A stretch of DNA of 64,000 nt. It comes from the human T2T-CHM13v2.0 reference genome, Homo sapiens. The notes beneath the pieces were generated by a model. It saw nothing but the letters and a program-made list of their open reading frames with translations, did no database searches and was not told the origin of the DNA. Numbering within the stretch: position 1 is the first letter of the stretch; the number at the start of each line of letters is the position of its first letter. The stretch lies in the NCBI RefSeq assembly GCF_009914755.1, contig NC_060938.1; one strand, 5' to 3'. Made by a program: the position numbers and the translations under genes. Positions 31,842-42,428 of the stretch are shown here, piece after piece.

Positions 31842-32219
31842 TCATTAGCATTTTTTAGCAATAAGGTGTTTTTAATTAAAGTATGTGCATTGTTTTTTCA
31901 GGCATAATGCTATTGCATATAGATCCCATTGCATGCTGAATACACACCGTATAGTATAAACATAACTTTTATATGTACTGGGAAACCAAAAAAAATTGTG
32001 TGACTCACTTTAGTAATTTTCGCTTTACTGTGGTGGTCTGGAACCAAACCTACAATACCTCTGGGGTATGGACCTGTTAAATTAATTTTTAATGACCTAG
32101 TGTTTAGCCACTCCTAAAATAATGAATTTCACTCAACTGCTCTTAAATCTTCTTGCAAAATTATGACAATAAAATACAACAGCCATTGTCTGTTTCTCTC
32201 ACTTTTAAAAAAGAATCAC

Positions 32220-32508
32220 AGCCGGGCGCAGTGGCTCACGACTGTAATCCTAGCACTTAGGGAGGCTGAGGCGGGTGGATCACGAGGTCAAGAGTTCGAG
32301 ACCAGCCTGATCAACATGGTGAAACCCTGTCTCTACTAAAAATACAAAAATTAGCCAGGCGTGGTAGTGCGCACCTGTAATCCTAGCTGCTCAGGAGGCT
32401 GAATCAGGAAAATTGCTTGAACATGAGAAGCGGAGGTTGCAGTGAGCCAAGATCGCACCACTGCATCCCAGCCTGGGCAACAGAGCGAGACTCCATCTCA
32501 AAAAAAGA
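32220..32508 (+). mobile_element. Alu (S)
   Basis: TSD AAAAAGAATCACA. Confidence 0.92.
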
Positions 32509-33016
32509 AAAAAAGAATCACAAAATGGCCTTTATTTTCTGAAAAATTTCAGCCCTCGGGAGCATAAGTACTTCTGGAAAAGCTGACTTTTCTATATGCT
32601 GTTTTTCAAATAAGCAAGATCCAAGAAAAAAATGTGGTTTTTCAATACTCAGTTTTTCATGGTATTTAAGTAAGGCAAAGAGCTGTGTTTTAAAGAAATT
32701 AAAATAGCATCTTTCTACAGGCTACCATAAAAAAATAGGTAGACATGGCTCAAATGGCTTTAATTAAAAATGTTTATCTCTACTTAATGTCCCTCAGAGG
32801 TGACAAAAGTAGGCCATTTAATTTATTCGATGGAGAATTATAATAGAACTCCACTGACATCTCAGCTCTACCTTAAGTCCAAGCTGGGAAGTTATGTGTA
32901 TCAAAAAGAAAGGAAATCTGTTTCCTTTGCTCCCCCCAAGTGCATCTGACACAAGGACATGAGGGCTGAAGCTTGCACATTGTCCAACTGTCCCAGTGTG
33001 CTGTGGCCTAATGGAA

Positions 33017-33226
33017 GGTCTCCAAATTGCACCCAGGAAATCTCAAGTTTGTTTTCTCTTCCAGATGGCCTACACTGCTTAACTCTGATACGTGAGTGAG
33101 AACACGCTTCATGCAACTCATGCTCAGCATTAGCCCAAGAGGCCAATGCTGGATGTAAACCCAAAGTTCCTCCATGATCTCTGAGGCATATGGGAAAGAT
33201 CCCATTGCAAAGTCAGGAGACAATCC
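33017..33226 (+). repeat. Arm A of a 210-bp inverted repeat (downstream of the EGLN3 poly(A) sites)
   Basis: Reverse complement of 37263-37473; manual alignment gives 13 substitutions and 3 gap nt. Confidence 0.95.
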
Positions 33227-33865
33227 AACTGATGTTTTCTGCTTGTGTGGTTTTTATGGAATAACTGACTCTTTCAGGATGGCCTGACACCCTTGTTCAT
33301 AACCACAACATTCAATAAAAATATCAAGCAGCAAGCATTTAAAACTCCCCCTCTCCCAACTCCACTCATTCTTGCTCTGTTGGCAGGAAGGAGATTCCAA
33401 AGACAACAAATGCTGAGGAGCTGGAAGTCTTGTGTCAAATCCTAGTGTACTACTCCATCACTGCGTAACCTTGGACAAGCCACCTAACCATTCTGAGTAC
33501 ATTTCCTCAGCTGTGAAAGAGGAAGAGCTGACTCACAGTGGTAGCAAAGAATAAATATGTGGGAGCACGTAGCACAGGGCCTGGCATATAGGTATTCTCC
33601 GAGTATTTCGAGTCATCTTACCCATTGTTCTCAGCTTCTTTACATCACAACTCTTTAACCTCTCTAGCCATGGCCTTGCAAATGTAAAGGTGGTAAACCA
33701 TGGTAAATCCTGACCTATCAACACAACAAGAAAACAGCATACTAAAAACCGTATTGGGATGAGAGTAGATGGGGTCTGAAAGTAGACTGGGTCTTTAACA
33801 TAAACCAGCATATATTATCCAACAGAGTTCAACTATAGACAGCTTCATTTGAAAAGTTTATTTCC

Positions 33866-34149
33866 TCTGGGCACGGTGGCTCACGCCTGTAATCCCAACA
33901 CTTTGGGAGGCCGAGGCAGGTGGATCACGAGGTCAGGAGTTTGAGACCAGCCTGGCCAAGATAGCGAAACCCCGTCTCTACTAAAAATACAAAAATTAGC
34001 CGGGTGTGGTGGCGGGCATCTGTAATCCCAGCTACTCGGTAGGACGAGGCAAAGAACTGCTTGAACTCGGGAATCAGAGGTTACAGTCAGCAAAGACGGC
34101 GCCACTGCACTCCAGCCTGCGTGACAGAGCAAGACTCTGTGTCAAAAAA
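33866..34149 (+). mobile_element. Alu (S)
   Basis: TSD GAAAAGTTTATTTC. Confidence 0.92.
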
Positions 34150-35443
34150 GAAAAGTTTATTTCTATTCTGTTCTAACAATACTTTCTAACCACCTTACTA
34201 ACCAACTCTTCATGCCATTCAAAAGATTCAAGACTGTAGCTAAGTCAATGTTGTATCGTTTTAAAAAATAACTTTACTAAGAATATCCCTTCTGCTTGTC
34301 CTCGTAGTCGATCAAATATATAAGTACCTGACATATCCAAACTCCTATCTTATATAAACTGCTGGCCCAGCATGGCATTTCCCATCATTGCTTTCTAAAA
34401 CACAGGAAATTTCAGTACTGAATGGCCAAAAGAAATTAGGACGACCCAGCCTCTAAAAAACCTGAGTTAAAGAAAAACAAAATCATGTCTGAATGGATAA
34501 TTCATGATTCTGACAGTCCAGCATTTAATGGTATTAACTACTCTACTAAGGATCTATCTAATGCACTTAGGTAAGACTTTTTATTTCCATGAAATTGGAT
34601 CTTTGGTTCAAAATTTAATCTCCTACCAAGAACTCTGGACTATATAAGTGACATAATGGTGAGGTAGGCTCTTAATATTTCATTGCCGGGAATATAAATG
34701 AAATTGATCAGATTATTTGCCAAATAATGTTTCTTTAGCAGGGCTAACTCCTCCCCTAAATGGGCTGTCAAAGAGAGGAGCAAAAAACAGACTCCTAGCA
34801 TTAAAGTTGTATTTTCCAGCTTAATTTTCCAGGACTCAAATTGAGTCATTAAAAAAAAAAAAAAAAAAAAATCAGTGCACATAAAAAAAGTGGTTTGTTA
34901 GCTTATAGGACCTTTGTCTGGAAGGAATAAACAAAGCCTTGGAGGTCAGATCTTTTGGCATATTGACTAAAATGAAAAATACAAGACATGCTTTTGGAAC
35001 TATATGATCCTCCTTCAGAATATTGTCACTATCATTCTTATGACATTAGAAATCATGAAAAATATATAACTACAATTTTACAGAATACAAAATTCCTAAT
35101 AAACTTCGTCCTTTCTTTCCTATTGAAATTTTTCAAGATTGTTCGAAAGGGGAATTCACTCTGTCCTATCTGAGACTAATGTTATTTTACTAATGTTGTT
35201 TCTAGGATATGGAAGGGCAAAATATAATTTGTTCAATTTTCAGATTCATAGTGGTCAGTGAATGACCTATTCATGGGTATACAAATACGAAGCAACACTA
35301 TGACCAAAGCGTTCTAAAACTCTTAGCGTAAATGTGTAAGTCAACAATGTTAAAAAGATGTGTGTAAAAATTCTAGCAAGCCCTTCCTGCCAAAGATGGA
35401 ATATATTAATCAAACCATTAGAATGCTAATGTAGGAGACTGAG

Positions 35444-35449
35444 TTTATT
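35444..35449 (-). terminator. Distal poly(A) signal AATAAA
   Basis: TTTATT on the + strand; would give an mRNA of about 2.7 kb. Confidence 0.7.
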
Positions 35450-35547
35450 CAACAAGTATTTACTGAGCCCTTACTATGTTCCCGGCACTATTTTAGGTGC
35501 TGAGAGTATGTTGCATTGGTTAAAAATATACAAAATTCCTGTCTTCA

Positions 35548-35555
35548 TTGTGCTT
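35548..35555 (-). promoter_or_regulatory. miR-218 8mer site (AAGCACAA) in the distal 3'UTR
   Basis: TTGTGCTT on the + strand is an exact 8mer seed match. Confidence 0.45.
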
Positions 35556-36229
35556 ACACTCCAGAGAAAGGATACAAGACAATAAACATAATAAGTGAGT
35601 AAATTACATAGTAATTTAGAAGGTGATAACTATTACCGTACAACAAAATAGAGCAGTCGTTGAGAATTAATGGTGACATGTCTTATCTGGAAATTTTCCA
35701 AAACCAGAAGAGGAAAAAGTAAACTTCTATCTTGGAAGACTATATATATATATATCCGTACATAACAAAGGAAAATATTTCTGGCTCTTTAATGTTCATG
35801 GGATTTTCAAGCAAGAAATTAAAGGGATTTTTAAAACATGAAAGTAATACTGAAAACTAGGAAAAGTAGCTTTTGCAAAATACGTGCTCAATACCAAGTT
35901 ATTGAGGCAGTGCGATCTGTGCTTACTGCAGGAGTAGAAGCTTCCACAGTTCTAGCAAATTCCATGATTCTGGTCATACTGCCAACCACAGTGGATCTAG
36001 AGAGCCAAGTGAGCTGAAGAAAGACTGCTAGGGACAGACGAGAACTCAAATAGCTTTGAGATTTTTTTATTTCCACTTCCTTTTTTAAAATACATCACCC
36101 TGCTTTTTTTGTGTTAAAGGGTGAGCTCATTAAAAAGGAAAACTAAAAAAAAAAAAAAAAAAAAAAAAACAGGAACACCCACATTTCCAACTCCACCTCC
36201 CCTCTCAAATTGTTCAAGATGCACACATG

Positions 36230-36235
36230 TTTATT
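36230..36235 (-). terminator. Candidate proximal poly(A) signal AATAAA
   Basis: TTTATT on the + strand, followed on the minus strand by GU-rich sequence and a long U tract (36145-36169). Confidence 0.5.
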
Positions 36236-36761
36236 GTATATCAGTAGACCTAGCTCTTTCCACAGTTATCAGTGGTTAACACAAAACTACCAGGGATATA
36301 TTTTTCCTTTCATTTAAATTTAAATTCCATTCCAACAAAGCAACCAAAACAACTAATGTCTAGTTTTTTAGCTTCTGGGGAATTAGGTTCCCAGGTAAGA
36401 ACTGAAAATGGAGAAAAAATTGTGTTGCCATCTTTATTCAGAAAGTCATTATTTTCAGCAAAATGGAGCTGAGGCAGAAAATCCAGGTTGCAGGACTGGG
36501 AAAAAAGGAGTGTCTGCCCCATGGGACACTTATAAATTGTTCACTATGACAGCAGCCCTTTCTAGAGGTATTAATGTCATTAGGTTGTGATAATTCTCCA
36601 GAAACCCCAACAGCCCTGGATTAAGAACATCTGGAAATTGTTCAGATGACACAAATTTCTCTGTTTCCTGCTGTTAAGGCTTCCGTGATGCCTCTCTGTG
36701 GCATCTACCACCTCCATTTTTTTCTTTTCAAACCTCCTCCTTTCAAATCAGGAAGTATACA

Positions 36762-36769
36762 TAAAGTGC
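36762..36769 (-). promoter_or_regulatory. miR-17/20/106 family 8mer site (GCACTTTA) in the 3'UTR
   Basis: TAAAGTGC on the + strand is an exact 8mer seed match. Confidence 0.6.
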
Positions 36770-37096
36770 AAGTAAGGTTCATTCCCTCGCTGTGCTCCTA
36801 GGCTCTTCTCTTGATAGTATTACCGAATCTATCAGGTAAACCGCTGGCCGAGTAGGATGTCTGCAGGAATTTCTGGAGTTAGCAAATAACTTCATCTGGC
36901 AAAGAGAGTATCTGAAGATCAACACAGTCTTGGCAAGAAAACATGAAGTACCACACACAAGACAGGGATGTGAAGGATGCAAGAAGTAGCAGGGAGATTG
37001 TTGTCACTGAAGAGGCCATCTTTGGATCTCAAAGAATTTAAGAGAATTCAGGAACCGTTACTAAAATGAACAAGGCCAGCAGATTTCAGAGCACGG

Positions 37097-37128
37097 TCAG
37101 TCTTCAGTGAGGGCAGATTCAGTTTTCC
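37097..37128 (-). CDS. EGLN3: EGLN3 exon 5 coding part, (R)KTESALTED*
   Basis: CCCAG|GG AAA ACT GAA TCT GCC CTC ACT GAA GAC TGA; the five exons sum to 720 nt = 239 aa + stop. Confidence 0.97.
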
Positions 37129-37262
37129 CTGGGTTGGGGACAGAAAGGGAATAAAGAGGGTATGGAGTCAGCTCTGATGAGTTTTATGTCACAAATGTCA
37201 CCAAAAAGCCTCCAGTAAACACTTCCCATCTTATATAAGCCTCCTAATAGAGCTCTGCCAAA

Positions 37263-37473
37263 GGATTCTCTCTTGACTTTGCAATGGGATCTTTCCCATA
37301 TGCCTCACAGACTGTGGAGGAACTTTGGGTTTACATCCAGCATTGGCACCTCTTGGGCTAATGCTGAGCATAAGTTGTATGAAGTGTAGCCTCACTCACA
37401 TATCAGAGTTAAGCAGTGTAGGCCATCTGGAAGAGAAAACAAACTGAGATTTCCTGGGTGCAATTTGGAGACC
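37263..37473 (-). repeat. Arm B of the 210-bp inverted repeat (EGLN3 intron 4)
   Basis: Reverse complement of 33017-33226; ends 134 nt upstream of the exon 5 acceptor. Confidence 0.95.
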
Positions 37474-38164
37474 ACTTTGGTATTTGAGAGGTATACAGTC
37501 CAAATGGGTTATGGGCTAGGCAATATTATATATGTTTCCTTACTGCAGGATCTCTTAGCGCCTTAATTTAATATGCTAGTGAGCAATGTGACTCTTTTTA
37601 AGACAGGCATACAGCATGCAACATTTCCCACATTTTTGGGACCAGGAATTTACCAAATTGGCAGGATTTGTGTTTTAATGCAACGTATTTTGGGAAATGC
37701 TGCCTTCTAATACTGGTTGGAAGGGATAGGAGTAGTGCTGTTATATTCAGTTTATATTACATGAGCCCTGCTGTTATACTGAGAGTCACAGTCTCACCCA
37801 ATATAATAAATTTTGCCATCATAACTGGGCTCCATTATATTTCCTTTGCAATATGCCAAAAATCATGGGCAAAATTTAATGTTACATTTGACTGGTTAAC
37901 ATTAATAGGAAAAAGTTAACTATTTCCCATCTATCATAAACCATCATACATTCAGTGGGCATTCTCAGGGGAAGCCCCTTGCATTGTTTCTGATTTTTCT
38001 AAGAGCCCTAAGGCCAAGGTTTCAGGATAAAACCCATCAAGATGTCATTATATATAAAGCTAAGCCGTAACAGATTGAACAGAACATGTTTAAAACTACA
38101 TAAAATTGAATAAAAGTCAAGGATTAACTTGATCAAAAGTCACAGAAAATTATCAAACACATAC

Positions 38165-38238
38165 TAGTTAAATTCCTGAATTTCTTTTTGGCTTCTGCCC
38201 TTTCTTCAGCATCAAAGTACCAGACAGTCATAGCATAT
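38165..38238 (-). CDS. EGLN3: EGLN3 exon 4, aa 205-230
   Basis: CAG|A TAT GCT ATG...; translates (R)YAMTVWYFDAEERAEAKKKFRNLT; 74 nt; donor A|GTATGT (phase 1). Confidence 0.98.
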
Positions 38239-38358
38239 CTGTGAAAGATAAGCAGATATAAGGAAAGAGATTTAATGGTACTACTAGAAACACAAATGTC
38301 CTATAAATCTCACATTAAAAGTTTTAAAGTTTTCTCTATTATTAGAAGTCTACCCTGA

Positions 38359-38671
<313 letters not shown>

Positions 38672-40287
38672 TGTCTACGCTGATTTTAATTTAAAATTAA
38701 CTTCTCTGGTTTTAATTCTATTTCAATGTAATAAAATGCATAAGGAATTCCAGGTATGTGCCAGAAATTATCTTGGGCATTAGGAATTCAAATGACCCTG
38801 TGATCAGATCTTCCTCTGCGATCTCAGGCTCCAAGTAGGGGAGACAGGTGATTTTGCAATAATGCAACAGGTAAACATAGCCTCTACAGAAAGGACTAGA
38901 AGGGAGTCATTCTGCTAAAGACTGGGAGACCCAAGTTGGTGGCGAGAACATAGAGAAGAGATGACATTTGAGTGAAGCTTTGAAAAACGACTTATGTAAA
39001 TCACAGTATGTTTAAAACTCTTGGCTTGCTTTCTTTAGTTTTGGACATTGAGGCAAAATTGCAATTGAATAATAATAATGCCCCAGAGCTTTCTACTGCA
39101 TCCCCACTAATTTGCTTTATCCCATTCATTGGATAGACTGTAATGGGAGCCATTTCATGCTTGGTTTTTTTTTAAAGTTTCATTTTGTAATGATTGTTAG
39201 CTACTTCCGTAGCTAACAATTTCTATAGCACTTGAGTTTTTTTCAAGGGACTTCTCATCAACATTTGCTAATGTTTTCCCTGTAAGGCCAGTCATCATGA
39301 GATTGGGGAATAACCAAAGACTTCTGCCACAAACAACAGGGTTTAGTTACATACCCCATAAAACACAAAAGCTGACTTCAGTGGTAGAATTCGTTCCCTG
39401 CTCATCTAGAAGACATTCCGATTTGGCAGTTAATATATAACTGGGTTTGGGGCTAAGCTGTGTGACTTCCGGAGGAGGGCACATGTGATCTTAATTTAAT
39501 TAGGCTTGTTAGGGTTTAATCATCATCCTACCAAAATTCTCTCCTCCTGCCCCTGAATGCTAGTCTCAGTATAAGCTGCACTCCATAGCCCTCCAATGCT
39601 GCCCGGCTTATTGCTTTAGACACAGACAAAGGTAAATGAGAGGCAGAATTGAGAATGAAGATTTTTGGTCAAGATTGTCTAGATTGGTCCTAAACAATAC
39701 TAAGGTGTTCAGTTACTCTGAGAATCTTCATGTGCACATGATAAAGAAAAGATTAATAAAACATCCAACTGTTGGACCATGGATACAGCAAGCCCAAGCC
39801 AATTTCAAACCAAGGAAAAGACAAAAAGAGAAAGTCAAAACAAATTACTCTTTCTCTTCTCAAGGCTCTTTCTCTGCTTGCAATTAGCAGCTTGTAAACT
39901 CATCCAAAGTAACCAGACAGAATTCCTGATATGTGACAGCCAACATTCTCTAGGCATAGTTCAACATTAGGTTTTTTAAAAAAAGGGAAAGAGAGATAAG
40001 AGAAGGGAGGAAAGGAGAGAAGAGAAAAATACTTTTGAGAAATTGGAATCCAATATGCTCATCTAATAGAAAACAACTTGTTAACAGTACTTTCAAACTG
40101 AGGTTAGCTTTGATATGCTAAAGAACGCAAAGTTTCCCCTTTAATTTTTGTAGACTCCAAACAAGTTTGCTATCAGCTATGGGGTGTGGTCAATCCCCCA
40201 CATGCACAGGACACACGTTTAAAGAGTTCTCTGGAACTAGGGTTTGTACACCAAGCTCCGGAAGAGGAATCATGGCTCCGGCTATTA

Positions 40288-40455
<168 letters not shown>

Positions 40456-40579
40456 TTACCTCTCATGTAGTTTATCAACAACCATATTTCAGCTCCATTT
40501 AGAAACATGCCATCTGCTAACCACCACTCCAAATGCATGGTACCCCAGATTTTTACTTCAACCTCATAGTTTGTACCAA

Positions 40580-40864
<285 letters not shown>

Positions 40865-42275
40865 ACTTCGTACCAAATTTTATATCAAACTTAGCTAGAG
40901 ATATCTCCTTATTCACCTTAAACCAAAAAAAGCACTCCCACCCCCCACAGTCATAAAGCCCATGGACGTAAAATAGAGTACTATTAGATTGAATCATACC
41001 GATTTGCCAATATTTGAGTGTTTTTGACTTAAAAAAAAATGCCCAGTGATCTCACATGGTTCCATCTAACCATTAACAACTTTCTAAGAAAATCATCACA
41101 TGTAACTTCCCCTTCAATTAGAATTTACAGCTCTTCTGAACTCCCTTAGCTCCTATCTGACCTCATTAGTTGGAAGTTACATGCTCTTTTTACTGAACTC
41201 TCAGACCACCTAATCTGCACCTTTTATGACATACACCACTCTCTTCCTTGAATTATTTTTTTTACATGTCAACCTATTTCATCCTACTAGAATAACCATA
41301 TTCAGAGTAAAGTTCAGGCCTCACACATCAATGTTTCTTCATAATACAACGCCTGACACTAGCAGGAACTCAAATATTTGTTAAATGATTCCAGACCTTG
41401 CAATTTATTATTACCAGTCTGATAACTTTATTCTCTTGTCTCTATCAGCACCTCTCAAGATTTTAAAGGAGACTTAATGGATGTATTCCAGTCATGTTAC
41501 CAAACAGGGAGAAGAGATAGGCCTTTTCACTGATTCAATGGTTTCCCAAGTTTCGTTTTTCTGACTCTGGATAAATATTATTGCTTTATGACAGCCAGTA
41601 TTTGCCTAATGAACAGGAAATTGAGATGCAGAAGGTTCAAAAGCCAAATAAGCTTGAAAAGTTATCTGACTTCCCAGACTCCTAAATCATTCTTAACTTT
41701 CGGAAAGCATACAGAGTCCAGATGAATGTCTGTAAGCATGGAACCAGGCTTCATATCTCCATCTATCTATAAGTTCTATAATACAAAAATAAGCCACAAA
41801 GCCTTTGGCATTCACAAACCATAGTAAGCCATGGCAAGCAGCCATCAATGAGACATACCACCCCGAGGGAGAGGACTGTGTGGGAAATCTCTCTTGGGGA
41901 TGGTTTTATAGCCTACAGTTCTATTTTTGTGGAACTTTCTCAATGCTGCTGCTGGGAGGGAAAAGTGTATATCCTATTCTGCATTGAGTCAGAACAACTC
42001 TGAATTAAACTGAAAAAAATTAATCCTTAATCCTAATATCAAATTACCTTCCCTTCATCAACCACCCTTCCCAGAGGTAGGGTTAATAATCACCCTACCT
42101 ACCCCGCTCCAAATTAACTTCATTGTTTTCTTCTTAACAACTTTAGGACTAATTCCATTGTCGCAGGAGGTTATGAAATGGAAATAGAAATGTTTCATCA
42201 GTGGGAGATACGGCAACTATGAACTCAATATAAACTCTCCTCTAAGTTATCTGAATCATTTTCCTGTAGTTTCTA

Positions 42276-42428
<153 letters not shown>

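Larger units (their letters stand above)
35442..35640 (-). mobile_element. L2 3'-end fragment at the distal end of the EGLN3 3'UTR
   Basis: TTTATTCAACAAGTATTTACTGAGCCCTTACTATGTTCCCGGCACT matches the reverse complement of the L2 3' terminus. Confidence 0.75.
35425..37096 (-). other. EGLN3: EGLN3 3'UTR (distal end approximate)
   Basis: Follows the TGA; minus-strand AATAAA at 36438-36433, 36235-36230 and 35449-35444; distal end inferred about 20 nt past the last hexamer. Confidence 0.75.

Noticed and set aside
35881-35887. TACGTG HRE-like core in the 3'UTR (and other isolated RCGTG sites)
   Set aside because: An isolated hexamer is expected by chance, with no supporting CpG or motif context
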